The notes under the pieces were generated by a model. That model saw only the letters and a program-made list of their open reading frames with translations, ran no database searches and was not told where the DNA came from. From positions 23,994,001 to 24,058,000 of the forward strand of contig CM120646.1 of assembly GCA_051362555.1 (NCBI GenBank): a stretch of DNA of 64,000 bases, given 5' to 3'. A program made the translations under genes and the position numbers. Below are positions 39,901-53,737 of the stretch, piece after piece; position 1 is the first letter of the stretch; each line of letters starts with the position of its first letter. Source of the DNA: Lingula anatina (lineage: Eukaryota; Animalia; Brachiopoda).

Positions 39901-41044
39901 TCACTTAACTTGCCCATTATGCTGTTAACAATGACACCATAAAGAACGGGCCCAGCCAGGGCGAAATAAACATGGGGTCTGGGCTTTTTATGCATGGGAC
40001 TTGCTATAGATTTGATCCGGGCCTTCGACATATACAAGAAAGAGTTTATATATTCATATATGGCAATAAAACCACTTCTGTTGCGTTGTTCACTTGTCGT
40101 GGAGAGTGACCATCCATCAGCTGTTGCATTGCTAACGGGACGCACAGATCGAGTTAATTAGTTCCATTGAACAGATGTGAATCAAACCGACTTGTGTTTG
40201 ACATGTGTGGAGCTTGTGTTACTCAGCAATTTGTGCTATTAACGTTACATGGGGAATGCGGTATGCGTACACAGTAATACAGTTTGGTTGGTAGGGGCGC
40301 TGACATTGAACCTTAATTGTAAGAAATGAATACATGCCATTTTTCATTAAAATTTGATAGGGAAGGAAACCTTGGCTGTGTTAAAATCATCTCAGTTGTT
40401 GAATTCAGTGTTGTTCAGTATATATTATCAGCACAGAAGTGTAGAGTATATATCCTTTGCTATAAAATATTTCCTGTAATGACAAGCGTGAAACGGAGGG
40501 AATGACGCGTGAAGCCTTTAAATGTAAGATTTGGAATTTTTTCCACTATGAAGGAAACAAATGTTGTTTATCCCATCTGGTGACTCAAACCCTAGCAATA
40601 AAACTGCAGTTACGGTGCTTACTGGAGTCAGCCATGCAGCTGGGCTGAAATGGGTTTTGTTCCTACAGCTTTCTACCTTTCATGTAATCTTAAAGGTGCC
40701 CTTAATTAACAATGCCTTATTTAAGTTAGTATTAAAATTGTAAAAAAAAATGAACAATGAATATAGACTGCATGGTGCATGAACAACACATTTTACAAAA
40801 CATTTCCTGCTCTCTCTCTCTCTCTCTCTCTCTCGCACGAATACCTCCAAGTAACGGTACTTACATTAAAACCCCCGCAGTTTAGTGCGTTGTCATCGTA
40901 GTTTTTCGGTGTCGCGAAGCCAAACCTCCACATGGAGGATCTAGACGGCGGTTCCAGTAACCTGGCGTGACCATCGACATCTAGGACTCCTACCATGAGG
41001 GTTACCAACGGCAGCCAACATATACCGCAGCTGAACCAAGACAT
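36972..41044 (-). CDS. Secreted lytic polysaccharide monooxygenase, AA15-type (exons 41044-40865, 38353-38228, 37964-37721, 37369-36972)
   Basis: Leader ends VDG|HARLLEPPSRSSMWR (His1); LNCGG, KCGVCGDP, ITANHKGWFEFRLCP, CVLQWKW, GCGPQEEFYGCAD motifs; short Cys-rich C-terminal module WCQLNC..FCP..HCAC. Confidence 0.92.
38546..38816. mobile_element. Intronic MITE-like inverted repeat
   Basis: GCGGCAAGGTGGGGGTTCACAGAAT vs ATTCTGTGAGAACCCAACCTTGCCGC. Confidence 0.5.
39441..40033. mobile_element. Intronic foldback MITE with ~200-bp imperfect arms
   Basis: ATATGTCAAAGGCCCG..ATGCATAAAAAGCCCAGACCC mirrored by GGGTCTGGGCTTTTTATGCAT..CGGGCCTTCGACATAT. Confidence 0.75.
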
Positions 41045-42252
41045 CTCTCACAGCTCAAACTACGTACACGATCTCTCTTCTCCAACAAGCTTTAACGTGT
41101 TCAGACCTACTCCGCGGATCTTACAAAGAGTGTTTATCAATTTACGTCCTTAATATCCAGGAGTCTCAGTCAGACGGGATACGAAGGCTTCCTGGTAATA
41201 CCGGCAGCTCTTCCGAATGCGTAAAACTGAGTCAGCAGACCAACATACCAGAGGAAACTTCCTTTAATTCCCTAAATAGGACGTTTGATTGAAATCGGAT
41301 ACCTGGCGTGAAATAAGTGAGAACTCAAATGTTTACTTTCACATTAAACTTTCAGCTCTGCATGAACAATAGTAGTTTAACTTCATGATCACCTCGTTAA
41401 CAATGGCATGAATATCAATTAAAATCTCTGAGTACGTCATTGCAGTAGTTGCGCTAAGATTGCGTGACTCCGTTGCTGTCCTCTTGTTACCACGCGGAGA
41501 CGAGACCAGGGGGTTTCATGAACAGCTTAAAAATGCGAGCCTTGTTGGAGAATCATCAGAAGTTCAATTTTAATGACAAGTAAACAGTAATAGCTTTCGG
41601 TACATCGCGCCTTAGTGACGAAGATATGGTGATTGAAATTAATTTTAATTGCTTTGGACGGAAAACAAAGGAGACGATAAATGCACTGCAGGCTGAGACT
41701 ATATAGCCTCAGGAAAGCACAGCTTGTGGATTCCGCACAGTTAAACAGTGACGTTTAGTTCCGCGAGCTTGCGCCGTGCGTAACACAATAATGACATCTG
41801 AAGACTGAATTTATAGGAATTACGCATTTTCAAATTCATTAACAAAGGGTTGGAATATGAAAAAAATGAGCTTTTTATTCAAAATTTTGATAGGTAAAAA
41901 TGTATGGGTCACTTCAAGTTTTTGTGGTCGTTTTAAGTTATTGTGGAAGAAGCAAAAGCATAGGCCTACCAGTAGTTTCAACAGGCATTTTAAAGAGTTT
42001 CCTATGAACGTCGTACGGTAGGTCTTACGCTTTTTCTTGTTTCACATGTATATGTCAACATTGGGGATTTTCTGTTTACCTTCCACGCCATTTGTGACAC
42101 ACATTTTGTATTGTGTGATGATACTGTCCCCTTTAAACTATATATGCATTTCATTTAAAAGAATATTGTTCTAAAAATATCCAGTAGAACTTGCAAGTAA
42201 ATGAATGTCTTGGGGCACAATCGACGTGTGCTTAATTTCGGCATGGCACCAA

Positions 42253-44721
42253 TTAACCAGCAACTTTGGTGGTCAGTGCCTTGTACTCGGTGCCGTCTCC
42301 TAAGAAGTAATCCTTCCCTGCCTCCTCCACCACGGGGCTGGCCGCCAATATGGCCGAGTCGGGCACCTGTAACCGGGTGACGTAATGAGATGTATAAAGG
42401 TATAAAATCGCTTTTTTGTATTTAAAGGCACCCACTTAATGACTGCAGACTCAAAAGGTATGTGAACTGGTTAAAAAAGGAGGTGAAAAAATATTTAGGG
42501 CTAAGAGAAATGGTTTTGATGAGAAAAAAACAGCAATTAGAAAATAACCAAGAAAGAGAAAAACAAAATTACTAAAAAATAAAAGAAAAGGGAGAAAAAG
42601 AAAGTGAAAGAATAGACTATTCTGCTAACTTGAGGTTAAAGCCAGCAGGCATAATACTTGATACACAGTGGAAGGAGTACATCTATAGACCTATTCTCAC
42701 AGAGGAAGAGTTTAGAGAGGTACCCACCTTGTGTAGCCGGGTGTACTGTGGGTGGTGGTGAGGAGTGACGGGGTTATTACTGGCACGGTTATATGCTATG
42801 AGGTATGCCCAACGCCGCCTAGCGCTATTATTCTGGTCGCTTTGGTGGAGCACGTTACTATGGAAGAAAAGCGCGTCTCCTGGGTTCATCTCCACGTGGA
42901 CCACTGGAAGAACCTACGCCACAGACATAGTAAGTTGTATTTAACCTGACCGCCGACTTTTGCATGCCTCGACAGTGTCATCCATAAGTTCATACCAGAG
43001 TACTTTATGCAATAGAAGACCAAGACAATCGTTATAGTAGATCTATTTATATTTCCATCTTTAAAAAACGTCCTTGGGCGAGCTTTGCTTGCAGTCTAGA
43101 GTAATTGCAACTCGGGCCCAATTCAGAATAGGGGACTAACTAATATGGTCGACCCACTTGCATACTTCTCCGCGGGATATCTATTCAGTGTCTCTTAGCG
43201 ATTAGATGGCAAGTTTTAATTGTTGTCTTAGTTCCCTATTCTGAATGGGGCCTCTGAGGCGCTACATTCATATATATAAATATGAGCGGTGTTGGATTAT
43301 CACATGCTGTGCGCAGGAATGACATGCCACCAGTATTTCTATATCCTCAGACCTGCTGACTAGTGCTGCTGACTGTATAGTGCTGCCTTACCTTGAGCAC
43401 CTGCTCAACACGCTCAAGGTCCGCGCCAACTTCCTCTCCTGTGGTCACGTGGGCAATTCGGCCCATCTTGTGCGACCGTGGCACTACCTGCAGGCAGCCG
43501 TTTTCCTTATCCGTGTGATCCAAGGCAATGAAGACAGTCCCCATGTCTGGGAACAGGCACCCGTTGTAGTACCAGTACCTGGTGAAACACATATTTGATA
43601 AACATACTTCATAACTAGTGCAAGGTCCAGATTCTTTGGGGAAATATAATATAATATAATATAATATAATATAATATAATATAATAATAAAATTTACATG
43701 GTTGTTAAAGCAGATGGCGAAAAATGGAAGCAGGTTGCTGTGCCCAGTAAATCACAGCATGAAAGATACTGCAAGTAAAAAAAAATCCACGTTTATAAGT
43801 TCTTGTCCCTATTTTCGCGCCACATCCCATGCTACGCGTTAAATATCACGTCGCTATATAGGTGATAGGCGGAGTTGAAAATGTCTCATCTCTAATGGTC
43901 ATTCTTATTTATTTTACAGACGTAGCAGATGACGAGCCGTCAAGTTAACATTGTCACCCGACCCCCTGCACCACGCTAGATGCCACTGTTTGCCAAATAG
44001 GCCTCTACACTCACCCGTAATCTTGGTGCCAGTTAAATCTGCCCCCTGTGTACGGATCCTTCATTGTAAGCTTGGTATGATAGTGATACACCTCGCCACC
44101 AAGTAACTAGGTAAGATGACAAACAGACAGACTAAACAGTACATAATATGGATTCTACACACACACACACATACAAAAGTGGACAGTGTAAACTTAAAAT
44201 TTACTCCAGTGCATATAGTACACAACACTGACCGGGGAGAAATATTCCATTAACGCAATATTGGAATAACGAGAAAAGCAATGAATTAATATGAGAACCT
44301 GTTCAAATGTTCCCGCCACTTTCTCGCTCCTAGCAACCATTCCTGTTAAGTCATTTCCGGGTTGGTTCCAGGCGTAATACTTGGACTTCCGCCCATGACC
44401 ATCATCCCGACCAAACGAGTATTTTGCCACTCCATCGTCGTTTTCAAACGCGGTTAATATTTTCCCCATTTCTTGTTCATCCAGAAGACCTCTGCAAATG
44501 AATGCAATTTGCAACACGTTTTGGGAAATTGTGAACTTGCATGAATTTTGCGAACAGAACTGTATTAATAGAGGGCAACTACCCACAATGGCTAATATCG
44601 AATCAAACTGATGAATACGCCAATACTTTCATTCCTGCAGGCACATACACTGAACCTCTTTATGTAAGCTTCAGATAGAATGAGAGAGACGCTGTATATG
44701 TACACGGAAGGCTGCATGTGT

Positions 44722-44763
<42 letters not shown>

Positions 44764-45337
44764 ATTTTACCTCACCAAAAGATAGCCTTCGTCTTTAAAA
44801 CATTGTTTCATGTCGTCGGTCACTTTAAACTGTCCAGATGCTTGGAACTCTACACGGGATATAGAAAGGTAAAATGAAAATAAGTCAGTTGTTTAAGCAA
44901 AACAAAATGAAATGACTTTTTGAATCATTGGACAAGATATACGGAAAGAAAAGCTTGAGTTATGACCTCTGAAGCAGACGTGTCATGGTGGAATGTAATT
45001 GAGGATTCTTAAGTATTGAAATTATTTCTCAGAGACCAGAAAAAAAGAGTGCACGTGGTGACCAACTGCCACCCTTCACTGACCACGGTGATAACACAGT
45101 CTTGTTAGACGTCACAATTTGCAGTCGTTCTTTTATACGTTAGTTTAAACATTGCCTAGATCACTTATACAGCGCAGGTAATCATGCAAGTCTGTACGAC
45201 AGCAAACATAACATGGGTTAAATAAGGTCATTTTTATGCTGTGCATTTAGGTATCGTCAGTTCATTTTCACGGGTGTGTTCATTTTCACGGTGGCTTTTA
45301 TAAAGGACATAAACATACCCTTAAGAGTCGACGCCAT
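42253..45337 (-). CDS. Phytanoyl-CoA dioxygenase (PhyH) family 2OG-Fe(II) oxygenase, ~7 exons
   Basis: Exons approx. 45337-45319, 44850-44771, 44491-44299, 44107-44016, 43579-43392, 42913-42729, 42367-42253; motifs [54 protein letters not shown]. Start exon less certain. Confidence 0.9.
43094..43254. mobile_element. Short Harbinger-like MITE in intron
   Basis: GGGCCCAATTCAGAATAGGGGACTAA ... TTAGTTCCCTATTCTGAATGGGGCCT. Confidence 0.6.
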
Positions 45338-45871
45338 TGTCTCTCCAAATCTTATTTGTCCTAACCTACGTCCAGTGCTATTAGCGTCTGTGCGTTCTCC
45401 TTAGATAAAGCCGTGTATTACAGAGATCTAACTTTAAATGGGACAGCACAAAACTTATCGCTGGTAGCTTGACCTTGACACGTCGGGGCTATATCAACTA
45501 TGGGTAAAATAAATGCACCGATATAACCATATTACAGTAAATTTTCTGATTACGAGTTGAAGTTTTTCAATTTATCGAAAACAACAAGATAACATAAATT
45601 CTTACTTGTTTATAAAACACGTCCGGCGTGTGTATTTAGGTTTTCAAATTTCGGTTAAATGAAATAGTTTATCAATAAGTCTTTCATATTCCACTTTCTT
45701 TCTTTTTCCATACATTTTTTTCAGTATAAGTTGTCTATATCATTTCTTTCAAACCCCCCATCTACATGTTTGTACAGGATCAAACGGAAAACCAAGCGCA
45801 GTCAAAACTGAAAACGGATGGAACTAGTTTATTAAGAGTACATAGATCACATTGTTTAATTATTTAAGCAA

Positions 45872-48800
45872 TTATGTCAATCTAATCTTTTTGACTGGTG
45901 TAGATTCTGAAATTTGCGACTGAATGTTTTCTATTGTTTGCTCAGATTCCAGTATGGAACTGTCTCCAACTTCAAACACCTGTCTCCGTATGTCCAGCGC
46001 CCTCTGGTGAACGTTCAAAGCCAACTGCAAGTTATCTTGCTTTTGGTGCACATCACCGAGGAGAACCAGAGTGTCAGCCAATGTAGCGTCTGGCTTCTTC
46101 TGGTAAATGATTTCACATATGCCAAGTGCCTTTTGAAGTACCCCCTCAGCGTCTTCCAGACACCCCAATTTTTTTTGTATGGATGAGATTTCATGTAGAG
46201 ACTTTACGCTGTCTAAACTTTCACCAGCTCCTCGCTGTCTGATTTTGAGCGCTCTTTGGTGCATTTTAAGCGCTGTAGATAGCTCCCCTTTATGTTTTAA
46301 TGTATCGGCCAGTCCAAACAAAGTGGTGCCCATGTCACCATCTAACTTGCCATCGCCGTTTGCTTTCTCCACCCGTTCCCAAATAGCCAAAGCCTCAAAG
46401 TACATGTCCAGCGACCTGTCCAGGTCCCCACGGTGAGCCAATATACTGGCCATCTCAGTCAGCGTTTTGGCTGTCGTGGCGTGGTCACCAAGGACCGCCT
46501 CGCGAATTTTGAAAGATTTTTCATAAAGAGCCAGGGCCTCCTCGTCTCTCTCCAACTGCCGTAACACCCGTGCTGTATTGTAAAGTGTTATCGCCATTTC
46601 GGAGTGCGTGCTTCCGTACAGGGTCTCCCCCATGGATAATGACATTTTATAGAAAGCCAAGGCCTCTTGTGGATGCTTGCATTTCTCCACAGAAAAGGCA
46701 ATATTGTTTAGAATGACACTGGCTTCCGATGCCGTTTCCGGGAAGATTTGTGGCAGTTTCCTGATGGCGTCTTGTATTTGTTGAAGATCTTCATTGCTTC
46801 TGGTCAGCTCTAACTGTCTGGCATGAAGCAGAACCTCAAACTGTCTGCGCCGCCTCGTGTCACCCTGGGTGTCACATATACGAATTGCCTTCTCTACAGC
46901 TCCACATGCGGCCGCCAAATCATTCCTGAGGTAGTGTGTGCTGTCCAGCTCAAAACAACAACTGACAGCATCTGCTTCACAGCCAGGAATGTTTTCATAC
47001 AGAGCTAACGCCTTCGTGTTGTGAAGATGTGCGGCCTCTATATCAACTTCATAGGCTTTAACGTAAGCCAGTCTGAAATGGAGGTCTGCCAGCCGGCGTG
47101 GGTCGTCCTGGTAGGCGGAAAATAAATCTTCACAATACCCCAAAGAAGGAAAATAACCCATTACAAACAGTGGACGTGAGAGAAGATAGAGAACATGGCG
47201 GGCGGTTGCCTTACTGGAGTCTGTCAAACTTTTAAACAGGCGTGCTCCCTCCGTGAGATTCACAGCATGGTTGTTGTAGAAGAGTCGTGCGTCTTGAATG
47301 TTGTTTTCGTCACACATGGCTAATAGTTTCTTCACAGTGGACTCGAGAGACAGGATAAACTGACACCGCGCCTCGTCATGGTCGCCTTCAGAAACGAGCA
47401 TTTGTAACCCATACGCACGTATGATTGCATGGAGGGAATAACATTTCTCACTGGAATCAAAATTCAAGAGAGAGCGTTTGCAGAGATTCTGTAACAGATC
47501 CAAAACTTCCAAGTCATCTGATTGGAAAAGGAGCTGTGCGTCTTCCAGAGTAAACGAGCCAGGGAAAAGTGACAGAAACCGAAAATCTTGCTTCTCAGGG
47601 TTGTCCAGGCGATCATAAGACATGTCAATACACGCCTGGACGCTGGAGTAAGTAGAAGATCGGACTTTCAGATATTTTTCAATCGTGGTTCCAAGTCTGT
47701 CAATCAAGACGGATGGCTTCATGCCATGTGACAGAATACCCCCCACTACGTGAAGCATGAGCGGCATGTGACCACATTTGTTAGCCAGTGTGACAGCGTC
47801 CGTGCTGTTCATCTCGGTACAGTATGTTTTCAGGAGTGACACCGAGGCATCTTCTGACAGTTCTACCAGCTGCTGTGTGTGCAATGTGGCGTTCCTCGGG
47901 GTCAGAGCCTCGCGCGTGGTGCAAAGTATGGCGGTGTTAGGGCACCTCTGATGTAGCGTCTCCAGTATTTTAAGGAATCCCTCCTCTATTGTCTTGTCAC
48001 ATAGAGCGCTCTCACAGGCATCAAATATAACACAGACAGGATCGTGCGTGGAGTTTAACCTTTGAACCAAGTCACACAGCAGTAGCCGTAGTGTCCGCCC
48101 CGAGGAAATGAGCTGAAGTTTGAGAATGGACCCCAGGGACAATACGACATCTTCGGCGCTTGCTATGTTATCCAGGTTTAGCATAATGACAAGAGCACCG
48201 TACTTCTCCATAAACCTGTGACCAGCTGCCAACGCTATGGTAGTTTTACCAAACCCGCCTGCTCCCTGGACGACATACAGAATCCTGCCATCACCGGTGA
48301 AGGACGAGACGATTTGGTTGACCTCGGTCTCGCGGCCCACAAAATATTCTGGGATATCTGGAAGGCAGGAATTCTGTCGCAGTTCTCCTGAAATGACAAT
48401 TTTACAGGTAAAATACCGTGATAAGTAGTCTGATAAGTGGGGTTAGGATCAAGGTTAAAACATTGTGATAACAACACGCATTGCACTTTTAACTTCTTAA
48501 TCAGTTATTATGATTTCGTCCATTTTATGGCGATATCAGGTGCTGGAGTGCACGGAGTTTTTAATCCACAAAATATCATTGCACGTGAAGGAGAATCCCC
48601 ATAACTTGCCATGTTGCTATAGTCTTCTTTAAATGATCTAACTGGGAAGTGCATCGTCGGGAAGCCACCAACCTTGAGGTTCAACGCTAGCGCTACAGAT
48701 ACATTAATTGGTCATTGCTTAACACGTGTACACTTATACCGGTACGTGAATCTTCCGCTGACAAACTACGAAGAAACGTTTGAAATATTCTAGCTATGTT

Positions 48801-49309
48801 TACTCTTAGGTGAAATATTTCGCGTAATATTCGGGGCTGGATAAACCTTTTGATATTTACTTACATGAAACAAAATCAATTTAAACACATATTGGCATGT
48901 AATGTGACACTTCCATTTATCCACCATCTCATGGTGGTTTGTGCATATATGTGAAGGTTTAATGACATGAGAACTGTTCACACTCACTGAGATAAGTACG
49001 TCTGTCCTCCTCACTGACTTGGTCAGCCTGCAAGCTGCTGGTGAGCCACGGGTAGCTCTCTGCTAGCACTGATCTAAAAGTCTCAAACCGCTGGTCATCT
49101 GATCGTATGAGAACGTTTAGTAACTCTTCATTCTGTTCCAGCGTACTTCTTTCTGCTCGTGTCTCTATGTCGGCCCGCTCATCCTGGCTAATAGCACCCT
49201 CTGTGAACAGTCTGCCGAGAAGGGGCTTGTCCCGGGCGCCGATGTTGTCACGTAACAGTGTCCAATTCCTGCGGAGAATTAATTTGTTGTTTAGGGAAAG
49301 CACCTTCAT
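45872..49309 (-). CDS. CARD - NB-ARC (STAND NTPase) - TPR protein, NLR-like (exons 49309-48988, 48387-45872)
   Basis: N-exon LRRNWTLLRDNI..LLGRLFTEGAISQDE..NEELLNVLIRS..FETFRSVL is CARD-like; phase-1 splice joins in frame to LP..PEYFVGRE, Walker A GAGGFGKT, Walker B VIFDACE, GHMPL, SYDRL, LHAII, then ~42-aa TPR repeats. A further 5' exon is possible. Confidence 0.88.
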
Positions 49310-49335
49310 CCCATTAACTGGAAGTAAATAAAAGA

Positions 49336-49366
<31 letters not shown>

Positions 49367-49615
49367 CATTTATCTTATCATCTATCTATTATGCGAACAG
49401 TATGAGGCGTACTGAGAAATGAATTTTGCTCCCTTAGGTGTTAGATCCCCCAAGACGTGGCAAGAAGACGGGAGTGGTGGGGTCAGTTACGGAGGGAGGT
49501 GCTGGGAGGGAGGTGCTGGTAGGGGGCTCCTGCATAATACGAGGGCGTGGCACCCCGTGCGCTCGTACGCAGCGAGCGTACACATTCATAGTAATAAAAA
49601 CAACAGTATGTTTAA

Positions 49616-49953
49616 AGGGATAATAACTCTTTGTGTGAGGTCTATATTTCACAATAAAAACATTGTGAATAACTCATAGAAGTATAATATATTCTGATTT
49701 ACGACAAAAACAGCAGTAATAGCTATTATTCTGATATCTGAGCTTGTCTTCAGACCACGTGACCTCCATTCATGGCTACACTCTGTTATAATCTCTTAAG
49801 AGATTTTAACAAAAAACCAAACTTTTTAGAAAAAAAAACCAGGGACTAACTTTGAATGTAAAATGGAATCATTAACCATTGGTAAGTATGGGGAAATTGT
49901 TGTTTACTCCAGGAAAATTCATTTTTTGGCCAAAACGAAGAGTTTTTATCCCT
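49616..49953. mobile_element. TTAA-flanked MITE (Kolobok-like), copy 2
   Basis: Near-identical to 24158-24493, with the same termini and TTAA flanks. Confidence 0.85.
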
Positions 49954-51888
49954 TTAATGTTTAAACACAGTTTAAATGCTTTCGCTCGGGGACAACTAAG
50001 AGCAAAATTGTTTAAATAACGGATTTTTGAGAACTAGCCCCTGCTGCCCAACTGTGGTTTCAGAATTTTCTCAGTTTTACGCACGCGGTGGATTCGCTTA
50101 TATATTTTAGCTTAAATTTTTCTCTTAAATCTCTTTTAAACACACCATTTTAGGCTGCATTTTTCAACATTTTCTTGAGGGAGGATGCCCAAACCCTCCC
50201 CCCCCTACGGTCCTTGAATCTACACACATAAAAATGTTGCGTACACTTCATTTTACCCTAGCTACGCCCCTACATTATATGTAAAGTATACATGTGAATA
50301 TCAGCAATAATTTAATATATTGAAATAACCTCTGGACTACAGAGGGTCCCATGGGGGAGGGGTAGTGATCACAGTTCACGGGAAATAAAAAACATTCACA
50401 AATTACAGTAAATAACACGTTATTTAAATCTCACTGATTATGCTAGTCGAAAATCCTGAAAATCAGGAATCACCGGGAAAATTGACTTCGTTTCAAAGAG
50501 GGCGAGGAATAAAGGTCGTATTCACGAGTCACGTGAATGAGGTGATTCACAAATCACGCTTAATGAAATATGTGGCTTTGACGAAAAAACCCAGTGTGGC
50601 CCTTCTTATGTGGGCCTACTGGTTTAAATACAACTGTTTGAAGATACTGTTAATCCAATACGCTAGCATGTCAAGGTATTTTCTTTATGTTTAAGTAAAT
50701 GTACATATATTACCACCGTTATGCCTTACTTGTACTGCGTTACTTGTACTGCGTTACACAAACCACGAATACACTAGTGTGCTCAATGTAGCTTTACATA
50801 TGTTGCAATGCGCATGCGTATGCAGATGGAGGTTTGGATCGATCATGACTTAAATGAGCAGAATGCGGATCTGGTTCCGTCTTTATATGAGTGAAAAAAG
50901 TAATTAATGACACGTTTCTGTCCGCTAGCGTGACACACGTACACCGGTAAGAATGCCTTCCTTCCCCCACCCCCACCCCCCACCCCCACCCCCCACCCAC
51001 ACTTCGAACGGGGACGAACATAACCGTTATATCAAACATGTACTTACTGTCGTCCCGGAAATATCAGCCACCATTTAGCTAGCTATATAGCACACCAGCG
51101 GTTACCATGTTTACTGCACATAGACTTAAACAAATGTACGGTTTACACTCGACTCAGCCAGCGGTGGTGAAGTCAATTTATCTGCGTGTGGCTTGTAGTC
51201 ATCAGATCTATACAAAACAACTCGGCCGCTCTCTTCCTCTTTCTCTCTCTCTCTCTCTCGCCCAATGAATAACAGAAATAAAAATAGACCACTTATTCAT
51301 GGATGATTGATCATTAAGGCGTTTATGTTACGGGGAGCGGAGGAAATCACCTGGCTGCAGTTGTTGTGTTAAGGGAGGCCACTATTGCTTCTCTGTAGCA
51401 ATCAGCAGTCCTATATGAACTGGAGAGTGTTATATCAGTTTAGTCATCTGCAAAATTATTTTACGGTTTAAAACCCAGTTATCAAATGCATATGCATTAT
51501 GTCGGTACATTACGTCCTTTCAATCATTGTAAACGATTTGACCGAAAAACAATATTATATTTGACAATTATAACCAAAAAATGAACAAGACATGCTTTAG
51601 CATTGTCAAAGCAATAGCGGTCATTACTTTCATTTTATGTATGATTTGCATACAGTTATAGTTAACATTAAAAACACCTTCTTTGCCACACTTGTGTAAA
51701 TTTCATACGTAACAAAATGAAGAATTTTATTTCATCTCGATACACCATTCACGTTTTATAAGTTACATTACAGATATGAATTAGACATTATAATTTCACG
51801 TGAAATATTTATTTATTTATTTATCAAAATCAAAACATCAAACAAACAAAAAATTCACATACCGGTTGTAAAAACGAAATTGCGAGCA

Positions 51889-53737
51889 TTAAAAGATTCT
51901 TCTTTCCAAATTAGACACAAAATTATCTAAACGACGAATGTGGTCCATAAATGTCGGTGGTCTATTATTTGAAGTTCTCTGCCGATTATAATCGTCCCTA
52001 GCGTTTATTTTACACCCAGTTCTGTCACAGTCTGTCCCCGGGGCAGGGACAGGCTCACGAGGGGGAGGTCCACACGACGCAGAACACACCCCATTACAAC
52101 AGACGGAGCTGAAGCACGAGCGGGAATTCCCTTCAAACCCAGTGCAATTGCCCCCTTGCTGGATCTGAGACACACAGCTGTAGGACCTCGTGTCGCAGAA
52201 TAGATAGGGGGAGCCACAGTCCAGAGAGTTTGCCGAACACGTGGGTCTCCTGGCACATCTGTAATATCTCTGTGTGTAGATATTGCGTAGACCGTCGCTG
52301 TTTCGTAGAGGAGGACCAAACGGTAACATCGGGGCGTTGGCACGTGCGTACGGGGCCAGCTCCTGGTCAGAAGCTAGTTCACTGTCCAGAGTGACGTAAT
52401 CAGTTTCAGGGTCGGCTTGCTGGTAGTTCTGTCTCCATTCCTCCCATAGACAATCTATAAACGAGTGATAAATCCAGAAGATGGGATCAAATGAGGCCGA
52501 CAACAATATAGCGTGGTGTCCGCCGGTAAACACGTGTGGCCCGGCATGAACTGCCTCCAGCAGTGGGTCCACCGCCCACGTCAGCTCCCTAAAACGCCGA
52601 GCTCGGAAGATTTCCTGAACGATATCATTCGGGAAGAAGCCGCCGCCCTGTGTGCCCAAGGTCCGATACAAGATGTCGCCATAGTTGAAGTTCTCTCCTC
52701 TCTCTACACCGGTGTCAGCCACCCACTGCACCACTTCTGGTGGGATCCGCCAGTTCCTGAAGGGGCCTGAAGTGACCGGACCGACACTGGAGCCGTAGTA
52801 GTAGTCGGTCCAGAGGATGGAATCCCGACCCTCGGGCAGAGGGGCGTCTAGTGTCACATCCCAGTAAGGAATGGCAATGCTACAATCAATTTGCCGCAGA
52901 GCGTTCTCAAATCTGAAATTGTAGCCATAGATATGAACAAATTGTAGACATAGATATGAATAAATTGTAGACAAATATATAAATATATTGTAGACATAGA
53001 TTTGTATCATTGCAGTTTAAGATATGCAAAGCGTCATGAGGGTGTGGCTCAGCACCAAAATGTCATGACATGCTAATAAGTAAAGCGAACAATTTAACAC
53101 TCCTTACCTGCTTGAAGTCAAAGTAGAAAAAGAAATTTTATAACTTAATTTATTAATTTATGCATTATACGGCTGACACTTGTTATCAGTGTAAAATTAA
53201 CGAAGGACTGCACCCTTATAGGGTCTGTCGTGAACCGTTACCCTGTCACCAGAGTGCCCGCACTTACCGGAAGAGGTATTCTCTGTGCCACGGTAAAAAC
53301 ATGGCTGTAAAGTGTGCCTGTGGTGCAGTGGTGGCATTGTGAATTATAGCAAACTCATCGTAAGCGTTGCTCTGTCCCTGCGGGGTGCGCTTCAGTTGAA
53401 TAACGGCGTTCACAAAACGTCGCCACTCGGCGTCTGTCAGCGTTCGTACCTCTTTCCTAACCACGGGGCTGCGACAGACTTGGGGCGTCTGGGAGTAAAC
53501 AGGGAGGAGGTTTTCCCCTACACCTCCCCTAACACTGGACTGGATACCGACCCCAGAAAAACTATGGGTTGTAATGGCTTCTGAAGTCCACGCTCTGCAC
53601 AGTGTAGTCACACGGTTGGAGAACGCCCTGGGGAAGAACTGAGCCAGTCTGTTAGCGATGTTACACAGTGCCTGGCCATCAGCTGTGGGGGCTGTCATTA
53701 AGACCAGAAGACTTAACACGAGACTCAGTGAAGCCAT
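51889..53737 (-). CDS. Secreted tyrosinase-like type-3 copper protein (exons 53737-53268, 52912-51889)
   Basis: Signal peptide MASLSLVLSLLVLMTAPTADG; RKEVRTL; CuA H..(QAH)..FLPWHREYL; IPYWD; CuB HAGPH..GG..DPIFWIYHSFID; Cys-rich tail; TATA-like element at ~53797-53804. Confidence 0.92.

Noticed and set aside
51048-51074. Short ATG exon (MVADISGTT|gtaag) as first coding exon of the CARD-NB-ARC gene
   Set aside because: Its donor is phase 0 while the CARD exon acceptor requires phase 1; may be UTR or need an unseen exon.
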